Position numbers and translations under genes: made by a program. A stretch of DNA of 64,000 nucleotides, taken from the NCBI GenBank assembly GCA_951406725.2, contig OX597834.1, positions 34,658,001 through 34,722,000 on the forward strand, written 5' to 3'. Source of the stretch: Octopus vulgaris. Its lineage: Eukaryota. Positions 12,801-24,500 of this stretch are shown here, one piece after another. Under the pieces are notes generated by a model, which was given only the letters and a program-made list of their open reading frames with translations, was not told the DNA's origin and searched no databases. Every line of letters starts with the position of its first letter. The first letter of the stretch is position 1.

Positions 12801-15800
12801 GGCCATTTTAAGGTAACTTCCTATAAATGATGTTTAACCAGGATGTGTGTATCAGATGTGATGGCCAGTGTAAAACAGTGGTCCATATTGAAATAGAACA
12901 GATTTATTCTAAGTATTAGTTTCAGTGTATCTTTTGATTGACATTTCAATCTTTTAGTCATCATCATCATCACTGTTTAACATCAAGTTTTTTTCCATGC
13001 TGGTATGGGTTGGATGGTTTGACTGGAGCCAATGAGTGAGAGAACTGTTCCAATGTTTGCTTTCGATTGATTTCTATGGACAAATGCTTTTACTAACATC
13101 AACCCCTTCACAGAGTGTACTGGGTGCTTTTTTACATAACATCAGCCATAGTGAGATCACCAAGTAACTCACAAGACAAGACACCCACAACTGAGTGGAT
13201 GGGAGTATTGAGTGAGGTGGCTCTGTGCCAGGTGATGAGAGGTTAAAGTATGATAAAGGGACAGAAACGGGAGTCTTTCAGTAGAGGAGATGCATGGCTA
13301 TCCCTGTTAGAAAAGAAGAGAGTATAGTGAAGAGATGTCAGGGCCCTTCAAGTTAATGAGAAAGTGAACACCAGAGGATTAGACTGGGTTCATGAGAGTA
13401 TGAAAGGAGAGCGGCAGATGTATAAAGATGGGTATAGAGTTGAATGCAGTTTCTTTCAGTGTATATCATAAAACAAGTTTCTAGTAAACTATGCATTTGG
13501 GGCATTGGAAGTATATAGCAGGATTGTAAAATGGGCTCAGTTTGTTGGCTTCATAAAAAATATTCAGTGAGGGCTCATAGAAATCTGAATACACGCAAGC
13601 ATGTATCTGACTCATACACTGTTCGCTTTCCAGACATTTGTACATTACTGCATATGCTTTATACGCACTTTTGACAAGTTGTGCACCTGAGCACTGTATA
13701 CAATAATTCCATTATTATTATTATATTGATCTAATTCCATATTTTTACTTTATTCACTCTCTTTCTCTCCCATAGAACAACATTCCAGTATTTTGTCCTG
13801 GATTAACGGATGGCTCTCTTGGTGATATGATATATTTCCATTCTTACAAAAACCCAGGCCTTGTTGTAGATATTGTTCAAGGTGAGGTTTATTCTTTGCT
13901 TTTATTTAGATATTCTTGAAAGGGATTCACCAGGACCCTGAAAAACATTGTTTCATGGTTTCTCTTGCCCTGCATATCACTAATTTCTAGGCATGGCTGT
14001 GTGGTTAAGAAGATCGCCTTGCAACCACAAGGTTTCAGGTTCAGTTCCATTGTGCACTACTTTGGGCAAGTGTTTTTTACTAAAGCCCCAAACTGTGCAA
14101 TGCCCTTCTCAATGAATTTGATTGATAGAAACTGCATGGAAGCATGTTGTGTGTATATATACATAGTCACAGGCGTGGTCGTGTGGTAAGAAGCTTGCTT
14201 CCCAACTGCATGGGACTGGGTTCAGTTCCACTGTGTGGCACCTTAGGCAAGTGTCTTCTATTATAGCCTCAGGTTGACCTGATGCCTTGTGAGTGGATTT
14301 GGTAGACTGTCCCCAACACCACTGCTTGACAATCGATGTTGGTGTATTTGCATCCTCGTAACTGAGTGGGTTCAGCAAAAGAGACTGCTAGAATAACGAC
14401 CAGGCTTAAAAAATAGGTACAGGGTCAATTCAATAAAACTAACATTTCAAGGAAGTGCCCCCAGCATGTCTGAAACAAAAGATAAAAGGTAAAAGAAAGA
14501 TTATATATATAGCCTTGTAAGTGAACTTGTTAGATGGAAACTGAAAAGAATCCTTTTGTATGTGTAATATATGCATGTGTGTGTGTTCTGTTTATGTTCC
14601 CATAACTTAGTGGTTCAGCAAAGGAAACCAGTACAATAAATACCAGATTTAGGGGAAAAAATAAGTACTGGGGTTGATTTATTTGACTAAACACAGTTTC
14701 TGTCCCTCAGATTCACTCAAAAAGCATTGGTCTGTTTGAGGTCTATTCTAGAAGACATTCGTCTAGGTTGTCATGCAGTGGGATTGAACCTGTATCCAAC
14801 AAGGTTGAAAAGCAAGCTTCTTAACCACACAACCATGCCTGACCCAAATTCTTCCATTATTCCAGAGAATGAAGAAGTTGAATGGATAAAATATTGAAGT
14901 AACAACTTGTAGTTTAAAGTAGTTTCAATTTGGTAAAAGTTACAAAACCAGCCGTTTCTGATAAGATTATTTAACTTTTTGGACTGTTAACATCAGTGTT
15001 AGAGAGGTCAAGTTTGTATATATAAAGCCAAAAAAATTACATCTACATCACCTCCAATGCCCCTCCCCTCTCAAAGATTCCTTGTCTTGCAAAGTTACTT
15101 GGTGACCCTGCCAGTGCTGGTGCCATGTAAAAAGCACCCAGTGCATACTGCTGAGTGGTTGGCATTTGGAAGGGCATCAAGATGTAAAACCATATCAAAA
15201 CTGACCATACCTGTGTGAGTGCCACGTAAAAAGCACAGCCTACTCTATGGAGTGGTTGGTGTTAGGAAGGGCATCCAGCCTTAAAAACTATACCAAAACT
15301 GACACAGAAGCACTGCGCAGGCTTCTGCCTGGCCAACCCATGCCAGCATGGAAGGAAGATGTTAAAGATGATGATGATATATGGTTTTGTGTGATTGTGT
15401 TTGTTCATCACCACTTGGCAACCAATGTTGGTTTGTTTGTCCCTGTAACTTTGCAATTCAGCAACAACAAAATGAATAAGTATTAGACTTTAAAAATAAA
15501 TACTGGGATCGATCTGTTTGGCTGAAACCCTTCAAGGTGGTGGCCCTTTATGGCCACTGTCCAATAACTGAAACAAAATAAAAAGATCAAAATAATTCGT
15601 GCAACTTAAGATTGTGATCGCATGATCACTTGTCCGTGTTTGACACAACTCGGACCCCATATTTAACCATTTAGCATTCAGCTTACTCTGTCAATCTAAT
15701 GCTTCTTTATTGACATTGTTTTGAATTAATCATGCATTATCTCGTAGCTTTGAGATTTCAATGAAGTGATTTTTTTTATTTTTAAAATGACATTACAGGG

Positions 15801-18800
15801 TAAGTTTGAAAGGCCAGATCTGGCCAGTTTAAACATAAAGCAGGTGGAATATTTTTAGCTGGATATGATCAGTTTAAATACTAAAGGATTAAAGATCCCA
15901 CATTCTACATTAGAAGACTATTATAATTATCGTACATAGTGAAAAAAACACTTTAAAACGTGCTGCTCCAATAAAATTGTTCTTTACTCAACAGATATTC
16001 GCTGGATGAATAGTCAAGCTGTGTATGCCAAAAATACTGGCATGATTATCCTTGGTGGAGGCCTCGCCAAACATCATACATGTAATGCTAATCTGATGGT
16101 AAGTAAGAGCAACTATACAGATCTTTCTTAACACTAAAGCCTTTGATACAAATGTTAGACTGGTCTCAGACCTACAGCTAACCTGTATAGTCAGCTAAAT
16201 CTAAAGGGAACCAAACAACCAGCAATTAGTATTGTTTTCCTGATATTCACTGTGGCCCATGGTCTAAACACTGAATTCTCAACAGGTCAGTCTTACTGTC
16301 TGTAAGTAGATAAATCACTTGATGTTATGGTTCAGTGTTATACATTAACAACTGTAGCATTATTATAAAATTTATGTTCCATAACTTGCATTCTGTAGTT
16401 CTGTGATGAAGGAATCTCTATATGGTCATTTGACCTGCTAAATATAGCAACCAAATTTCTCTCATCACACCTGCCATATATAAGAAGTGCTTATTGGCAA
16501 ATGTGGTCTGGAGTACACTGTCTGGGTAAGAGATGGGGTGATCACAATTGGTAGGTCTTTGACCATAACTCTATTAACCTGAGAAGTTGGAAGGAATATT
16601 TGTTCCTTTATATTCAAGTTTAGTGAAAGTTTGGATGCAGGTAACTGAAATCCAGCCGAGGGGTCAGCAGTTGGTATCTTGTTTGTCCTTGGCACTATTG
16701 TATCTCATCTGCTTAATGTTTTCAATGCAGGAGATAAGCACCAAGTCACGGTGATCAGGCAGATATGAATATGCTGTGGCAATAGTCATAGTTCTCTCTC
16801 TGGAAAAATTCAGGATACACAGTTTGTTAGAAGGCACGAAGCTATGTAATTGTCAGAGATAAAATTCCTTCAGACTTGTTGTGCTAAAAGCAATAAATGT
16901 CAGATCGAGACGATATATATTGTTTTTAACACGAGTCTATGAAGAGATTTTATCTCAAACAACTCCACAGCTTCATACCTTCTGATGGTGTAAATACATT
17001 TAATGTGATATACAATTAGATGACCAGGCACATCAAAATCAAGCTGTTCATTACAACTGTTGGATCAGTGCTTATTATATATCACTGTGACCGACCAGGC
17101 TATCAGATGTTGCTACACATCACTGGTCACAATGCGCTTCGCATTGTTTTAGCCTCTAAATGACGCCACCCCACTGGCTAAGCGAGCAGGCCAATAGAAA
17201 AGAGTGAGAGAAAGAGTACAGCAGGGATCGCCACCATCCCCTGCTGGAGCCTCGTGGAACTTTAGGTGTTTTTGCTCAATAAACACTCACAATGCCCGGT
17301 CTGGGAATTGAAACCTCTATCCTGCGACCACGAGTCCGCTGCCTAACCACTGAGCCTCCACTATATATATATATATATAGAATATGAGGGGTTTAGTTCA
17401 CTTGTGAACTAAATTCACCTTCCCCTAATTAAATTATCCTAAATGATTTGAGATACTCGTTGTCTTGGTCTTGATTTTTCCTTTAATATAATGTATATAT
17501 ATGCATTTAGTGATACCCAGATGGAAGGGGTCTGAGTTCTGATATGGCATATCTGTATAGAAGACGTCAGTTCTATTCTATATTGTTTGAGTACATGGAA
17601 GCCTTAATTCTGTTATATAATGATAAAATAAAATTATATGAAAGGTCTCGGTTCTTATAAATATTAATCAAATATAATTATTAATCAAGTATAATTATTT
17701 GATCAGCCAAATTGAAAATATTTTTCTTAATGTTTCCAGAGAAATGGAGCTGATTTCTGTGTTTTCATAAATTCTGGTTCAGAATTTGATGGCAGTGATT
17801 CTGGAGCATCTCCAGACGAAGCAAAGTCATGGGGAAAAGTGAAAATTGACAGTAAACCTGTAAAGGTAAGATTTAAACATTTTTTTTTTTCCATATCTTT
17901 TTTTACAACAGTGGAGAGCCATGAAATATTTTATATTCAGTTACAACCATGTCATGATTCCATCCATACCAACTTTACTTTTCCATTGTTGATAAGAATT
18001 CTAATTAATGATGGGGTTAATATAATTAACTAGCTCCAGCATGGCTATATGACTGAAACTAGTAAAATAGCAAGGGATCCTAAAGGCAAGCTGCTATGCT
18101 TCAGGAAGCTAATTTTCAAGTGCCTGGTACTTTGTTCATCTTTGGCAGAAAAAAAAGTTGTGAAAGTTTGTGTGCAACAAATTGATCCTATTTCTACAAT
18201 TTCTTTCTTCTCAATTCCTTTTGCTACCAACCTAACCTAAAACTGCCCATGGCCCTGATGCAAATTGCTTGTTTTACAATGGATCTTAATTAAAACCTGT
18301 CAAGTTATGTTCCAAACACCAGATTAATAATGATAAAAGTTATTTTACTAAATTCTTAATTATCTTCATTAATTAATTGAAACAATAGCAGTGTTTTAAC
18401 AGAAATAGAGTAATGAAAGAGTAAATTATAAAAATATAACATGATTTTTTAAAACATTGAATGGCTGTGAGGATCCATCTGAGTAAAATAGGAATCAAAA
18501 AGGGTCCACAAGTAAAAAAAATATGGGTTCCTTTAAGATGGAGATTGGTTGAGAAGCTTGCTTCCCAACCATGTTCTCAGATTCAGTCCCACTGAGTGGC
18601 ATCATGCACAAGTGTCTTCTACCTAGCCTTAGGCTGATCAAAAACTGGCAATTGGAGAAACTGAAAGAAGCCTGTCTTGTACATGTGTGTCTGTCCCTTG
18701 ACTTGACATATGATGGTTGTAAATGAGCCCCACCATTATACAAGCAATGTTCTTCATTTGCAGTCTTCCATGAAAATCTATCCAACTCATGGGAAAATAC

Positions 18801-19583
18801 TTTGTAAATAAGTGAGGATTGGTGACAAGAAAGGCATCTTTCTGCAGAAAAGCTGCTTCTACAAATTCCATCTAATTCAAGCATGGGAAATTGGACATTA
18901 AATGCCATATCTGAAATTAAATCCAGTGGACTGAAAAGTTTAGAAACCAGTCTCCCTTTTGACTCGAAGCAGATATTGACAAGATAGATACCATTAAGAT
19001 ATGTGGACAAAGTTAAAATAACAGCACTGTTCAATAGAGGGAGGGAGACACTTTGAATTTCAGCTCAATCTACTGTTACTATGAGGGTTTAACTATAACA
19101 TTGATCCATAATCCTCACCTGTTGTTTTCCATAGCTAGGACATGTTTTTCATGGAAGACTAAATGAACAGCCTCACTTGTATGACGACGACGATGCTCCT
19201 TTACAACCATCAAATGACATCTAGACAAGGGTACACACAACAGGCTTATTTCAGTTACCTTCTCCCTAATCCATTCTCAAGGCTTTGGTCAACTTGTTCA
19301 AGGTACCACACTGTAGGATTAAACTCGGATCAATGTGGTTGGAAAGCAAGCTTCTTAAACAGTCTCTCACCTGCAACTTTACCTTCATTAATTTTGTCCT
19401 TATCCCCACCTCATCGAAAACAATCTAACTTATTTTATTTAACGTTATCTTTGTGAGTGATGTGTACTCAATGATTTCATTTTTTCCTCTTAGGTTTGTG
19501 GTGATGCTACATTGATCTTCCCATTAGTTGTGGCCGAAACATTTGCTAAGTACCATTCACAGTTTGTTAAGTTAAATAAATAA
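6683..19583 (+). CDS. DHPS: Deoxyhypusine synthase, whole spliced CDS: join(6683-6880,9008-9172,10773-10991,11900-11986,13776-13881,15995-16098,17740-17865,19494-19583), 1095 nt, 364 aa
   Basis: Exons join in frame across GT-AG introns. Motifs present: [52 protein letters not shown] and SWGK (catalytic Lys). Confidence 0.97.
6955..7340 (+). mobile_element. tRNA-derived SINE, family A (composite). Further copies at about 13990, 14170, 18545, 25901, 28375, 38768 and 56697; minus-strand copies at about 8460-8580, 11350-11455, 14690-14840 and 51500-51665
   Basis: A box TGGCTGTGTGG and B box GGTTCAGTCCC, shared body and AATGACTGAAACAAGTAAAAG tail across copies. Confidence 0.85.
7345..7960 (-). 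mobile_element. RTE-type LINE 3' relic
   Basis: Minus-strand FHQHC..I...EDY...[12 protein letters not shown] and KYFKDVL..TL....NWEAFAHDR segments. Confidence 0.6.
9008..9172 (+). CDS. DHPS: DHPS coding exon 2 (IDKKL...LVQHNM)
   Basis: tatAG acceptor, GTAAGT donor; [17 protein letters not shown]. Confidence 0.95.
9528..9730 (+). mobile_element. SINE family B with a GCCTTTCATCCTTT..GGTCGATAAA..AGTACCAG core (resembles the Meta/MESC SINE core as I recall it). Copies at about 4980-5180 (-), 45085-45285, 47085-47720, 47950-48135 and 49590-50220
   Basis: Recurrent GAGCTGGCAGAATC head, GAGTTCAAAT B-box-like motif, conserved core and (ATT)n/(ACT)n tails. Confidence 0.8.
9760..10065 (+). mobile_element. 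tRNA-derived SINE family C. Copies at 57530-57830 (+), 58540-58790 (-), and split at 25745-25828/27058-27190 (-)
   Basis: TGGCCCGATGGTTAGG A box, GAGTTCGAT B box, GTGTCCTTGAGCAAGACAC body shared between copies. Confidence 0.8.
10773..10991 (+). CDS. DHPS: DHPS coding exon 3 (VDCLVT...QEQKEE)
   Basis: AG/GTAAG boundaries; [14 protein letters not shown] and [10 protein letters not shown]. Confidence 0.95.
11900..11986 (+). CDS. DHPS: DHPS coding exon 4 (GTLWTPSK...YYWAYK)
   Basis: ttttAG acceptor, GTAATG donor; WTPSK and SVYYWA. Confidence 0.95.
13776..13881 (+). CDS. DHPS: DHPS coding exon 5 (NNIPVF...VDIVQ)
   Basis: catAG acceptor, GTGAGG donor, phase 1; TDGSLGDM. Confidence 0.95.
15995..16098 (+). 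CDS. DHPS: DHPS coding exon 6 (DIRWMN...NANLM)
   Basis: acAG acceptor, GTAAGT donor; [13 protein letters not shown]. Confidence 0.95.
17085..17362 (-). mobile_element. tRNA-derived SINE family D
   Basis: Minus strand reads GGCTCAGTGGTTAGG...GGTTTCAATTCCC (A/B boxes), GC-richer body, flanked by (TA)n. Confidence 0.7.
17740..17865 (+). CDS. DHPS: DHPS coding exon 7 (RNGADF...SKPVK), contains the catalytic Lys
   Basis: ttccAG acceptor, GTAAG donor; [19 protein letters not shown]. Confidence 0.95.
19494..19583 (+). CDS. DHPS: DHPS last coding exon ([19 protein letters not shown]...LNK*)
   Basis: cttAG acceptor; [15 protein letters not shown]; TAA at 19581-19583. Confidence 0.95.
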   Translation, partial: VCGDATLIFPLVVAETFAKYHSQFVKLNK

Positions 19584-20035
19584 AATGTTTTGATAAAAAT
19601 ATACCTTTGATTGCATACATTCCTTTTACTTTTAGTGGGGGTGAATCCATTATGTTAAAACAGACCTTTGAAAATGTAAGGGCTGGTTTAGCCCCAGGCC
19701 AACTGACAAAAAAAAAAATTGTTCCAGCCTCTATGTGTGTATGTATACAAGATTTCATTATCCAATTTGTGCGGTCATTTTTTTTAAGACTCTTCTTAGG
19801 TCAAAGCTAATGGTTCCTGTGTTGAGAGTACTTTTTGTTGGTTGGGATTTCTCAAGTAAACAATCAATATTCTATTCCATGAAAGAGATGTAGATGCATT
19901 AAAAATATTTTAACAGTCAAATCACAAGACATGAAAATTGGAAGAGCCTCCTCAGACACACACGAAAAAAAAGAATGTAGGATGTATCATGTAGCGTCTT
20001 GTCTGAAATCAAAGACTTGGAAGTTTGTGACAAGT

Positions 20036-20041
20036 TTTATT
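20036..20041 (-). terminator. Candidate distal BAG6 polyadenylation signal (AATAAA); a proximal candidate lies at 20988-20993
   Basis: TTTATT on the + strand; the 20.0-21.3 kb stretch lacks SINEs and looks like a 3' UTR. Confidence 0.5.
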
Positions 20042-21319
20042 TACTATATTAATTAGCACTTTTGTATATATATAGAGAGAGAGAGATTTCTTTTTTAAAT
20101 GGTAAGCCGTCATACATTGCTGAAAGCTGATATGAGACAAAAGTTGGCCCAGTATTTACAAAGGGGTTTCCTCATCACAAAAAAATCAAACTGATTACTA
20201 AATACTTCATCCTCATCATCGACATACTGGACATTGTTACTGTGTCTAATAACCATAATCTTATGTACAGTTGAAGACTGAGGAGAGGCACAATTTTTTT
20301 TCTTTCTTTTTTGGTAAAGCAAACATGCAAAATTTCAATGCAACGAAAGGAATTATTATTATTAATAGCAGGGTGTGAATATCATCTAGCAAGAAATGGG
20401 GACCAAAGACTGGTTGGTTGGTTTGGGCCATATTGGGTGGGTGGGGGGTGACATTTTAACTTTATATCAAAACTTGTATAAGTGACCGAAATATTTTCAT
20501 TCTGTACAAAGAAATACGTTTGGATATCTGTATAAAACAATTGAAAGTGAGTGGCACTGGAAAATAATTTTTCAAATCAGTGGAAAGGGAGTTTTAAGTT
20601 GTCCTAAATTCCTTAAGTTTAAGAATTAGAAAGGGAGAGCGGGCAGGACTGCAACTTTTCCCATTTTTCTTCAGGAAGACATCAATTAAATATTAAAGAT
20701 TTTAAGATATTATAGACTGCTTCTGACATTACTTATGAGAAACAGGGAGTGAGGGAGATTGAATAATAATGATACAGAATCATGATCTAAAACTGTAATT
20801 CATAAACCATCAACTACATTTATGTCTAAAATTAATTTCGAATAAATGCTCGGGTAGTTGTTATTGTTCAGTGCAGAGGGGGTGGAGGGGTTATGTGAAA
20901 TCTGTATTTACACACACATGCACCCAGCAGAATTCACTCGACTATTTTGCTATACAGTAAAACACAAAGTGGGCCACCAACATAACATTTATTACAATCA
21001 CATTGGAAATATTCACTGAAATTCATTTCTGCTTTTGTAAAGCAACCACTGCTAAAGAGAGTGGTGGTGGTGGTGGTGGTTGGTTGTGGTGGCCTGTATC
21101 AAATGTTCAAGGGATCTAATTGATGCACACATTGAATTCAAAAGATTCAGGAAGTTGAGAAATATATATAAAAAAAAAATTTTTTAGGAATAAAATCAAT
21201 CAATACTAAAATTAAATAACGTAAGTCTGTTTTAGAGCCAAGCAGCTTATTGGTATAATGATGAGAAACTTTTTTTGTTTTTTTTTTTACAATTCACCTG
21301 GTACAAATTTCTAAATTAG

Positions 21320-21589
21320 TCATTTGCTTTTCCGTTGTTTTTTGAAATATTCTTCTATGTTAGGGAACATTTCTGGATTGTAGTCAGAGTCCAAGTGTAT
21401 CCGCTGCAACACATTATTACACATCTGGTCCTCAAAAGCTGAATGTAATATGCTGTCACGAGCTGCCTCATTTGATAAATTTTCTAAACTGCTTAGTGGT
21501 TCAACTCCAGCTGAGGCTACAGCTTTCTTCAGTGAATCGGGTACAAATTCTGACACCTCACTTAAGTTGGTTGCTTTACCAGGATTCAT
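21320..21589 (-). CDS. BAG6: BAG6 last coding exon (MNPGKATNL...[15 protein letters not shown])
   Basis: ttcAG acceptor; BAG-similar tail [15 protein letters not shown]; TGA at 21322-21320. Confidence 0.92.
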   Translation of the reverse strand: MNPGKATNLSEVSEFVPDSLKKAVASAGVEPLSSLENLSNEAARDSILHSAFEDQMCNNVLQRIHLDSDYNPEMFPNIEEYFKKQRKSK

Positions 21590-24500
21590 CTGAAACAAAC
21601 AAAGTTTCAATATGCTAGACATGATCAAACTGAATTGAGGAGAACATTTAAGAACGGGTAATGGTTTAAACTTAACCCTTTAGCAACCAAACCAAACATA
21701 CCTGGCCTAAATATTATTCTAACCAGTCTTATGTTCAAAGCAGCCAGATGCAACCTCTCACACCTACCCAACAATGTCATTCTAAAAATAAGCAATCACA
21801 TCATGAAAATCTCAAAGTTGCAAGATTAATTCAAAACAATTGGAATAAATAAACATTACATTTGACAGAATAATTCGAAAGCTAAAGGGTTAAATAGTGA
21901 ACACTAAGTGAAGTTAAAACTGTAATCTTGTCTCGCTGGTTACAGCAATTTCATTAGTAACTGAGCCAGGCAAGAACACAACTTGTTTCATTCCCCCTCA
22001 TCACCTATGTGATGGATACAGTGTAGAACAAAATTAGAGCGTTGTGGTATTGCTGAGTGATACCATGTGAGATTGGTAGATAAAAACTGTGCAGAACCAA
22101 ATTGTATCAATAAAATAAGTCCCAGGTGAGCACAGGGGCAATGTAATCGAATTTACTCCTGGGTATGAGTATGAAAACTGCACAAACCAGTGTGGTAGAG
22201 TAGCCTCATCAAACCAGTATGATCTCAAGTTCAAATTCACAGTCTACACCTCAGACCATGGAGAGAACATACTGAGGCCTTTGTCTTGCAATCGACTGAA
22301 CATGGGCAATCCAATCAAATCCACTGAGGTTGGTAAGTTTGACTACAACTCTTGAAGGTGAATACATGAGGTGAGACAATACCTACATAGAAGAATGTAA
22401 CTAGTGCTGTCTATTTTCTCTATTATTATCTACAGAACAGAATATTGGATCTCTCAGCAGAACATTGACCACAGACAGCCATGATGTTTATAACTTAATT
22501 TATACAGGGTGTCCCCAAAGTCACTGATAGGTTTTAATTTTTAACAACTTCCTTAACTTTACAAATAAATGCATGAAATGTTGATACAATATAAAGGACA
22601 TAATGGAAATTAATATGCACGAGTCAAATTTTGCAACACCACTACATCACTTATTTAAAATGGCAGCCATTTTCGGCTTCGCATGCCCATGCTCTTTCCA
22701 AAACTTGTACCATAACACCCTCAAGAGTTTCAGACCCCATTTCTCTATTGATGTTCTCCTTCAATTGCACCAGGGTCTTTGGTTTGTTGATGTAAACCCT
22801 CTCTTTCAAGTATCCCCACACAAAAAAAAAAATCTGAGCTAGTCAAGCCTGCGGAACGTGAAGGTCAGTTGACCATGCCATAGCGGGAGATTATTCTCTC
22901 TCCAAAGCACTGCCATAGCAACTGCATTGTTTCTCTTGCAGTATGAGCAGTTGACCCATTTTGCTGGAACCATGTGTGAAGTCTACTTTGAATGGGCAGG
23001 TGCAAAAAGGTCTCAATCAAGGGGTACCTGAAAGAGAGGATTTATGTCAACAAACCGGAGACCCTAGTGCAACTGAAGGAGAGCATCAATAGAGAAATCA
23101 GAGAAATGGGGTCTGAAACTCTTGAGGGTGTTATGGTGCAAGTCTTGGAAAGAGCATGGGTGTATGAAGCCAAAAATGGCTGTCATTTAAGCAATGTCAT
23201 TTTTCATCTGTAGTGGTGTTGCAAAATTTGACTCATGCATATTAATTTCCATTATGTACTTTATATTGTATCGAAATTTCATGCATTTATTTGGAAAGTT
23301 ATGGAAATTATTAAAAATTGAAACCCATTAGTGACTTTCGGGACACCTTGTAGTTTACAATAGAAAACAAAAAAAACACTGGAATCTGAAGGCATCTTAG
23401 ATGCAACTTAATTTCAACAAAAGGGGGGGAAAAGTTTTTAGTTCATTAAAGCATGTAATATAGGATGTGGGGTGATTTTTATGAGACATTGGGATGAGGG
23501 GGTATCTTATATGCCATCAAATATGGTAATTAGATAATATTTTACCTACCTTTCTGCGCTTAGCTGGCATTCCACTTAAATATGCATCGCTGAATGGTGT
23601 CTGAGGATTCTGGCGTCTTTGATGTTGGATGTCTTGCCTGATTATAGGAACCCATTCCTGAAAAAGAACAAAGGAAGAAGATTCATTTTTAAAAACCAAA
23701 AATTGACGTTAAAATTTTCTAAATATTTAGCTTATATAGAAAATAAAATTCATTTCTATACATTGCTGTTCAAGAATAGATCTACTTCCTACAGACATGT
23801 TCTGAACGATAAGGTCTAATGTGGTATTTTAATCCCTGTAGGTTAATGTGGCCTTGTAGACAGAGTCAGAGATCAAATGGAGAGGAAATCATGGTTCTTC
23901 TTCTAAGGTTAGGTGAGATTGGGGGGGGGCGACAGGTTTTCAGTGAGAAACCCAGTGAAATATTGGTTTAAAGAACAATAAACGTAATGTGGGGTTTTGT
24001 ATGTTACTAATGTGTGGAGGTAATGCAGCAGGGACCACATGGATTTCAGGTGACAGACACTAAATTCAGCCATTCTAAGGAATTTCTCAAAAAACAAGTC
24101 TGTTTTTGAACACCATTTTGTCTACAGGAAGCATGGCCAGACTAAGCAAACCACATAAGACATGCTTTGGTATAAGGCAGGGCACGCTGTTCGAAAAGTG
24201 CTGTGGGCCAGTTTGCCCATGACTGATCTGCAGTTTCTCATAAGATATGCAGGAATGGTGCAACATTACACACCAAAATGCATTTCTTTTTCTCTAATAG
24301 TTGCATGGTTCTGAAAACATGAATATTTGCTAATCATCATCAAAGGAATACAGCAGGTTTTTTTTTTTTTATTTGTTTTGTTTTGTTTATACCATGTATC
24401 AATCATTCAACTGTGAATGTTCCTATAGAATACACGTGAACAGATTTATGAAATTGCAATAATCGAGGATTGGAGACAAAACGTTGAAAATTTAGAAGGG

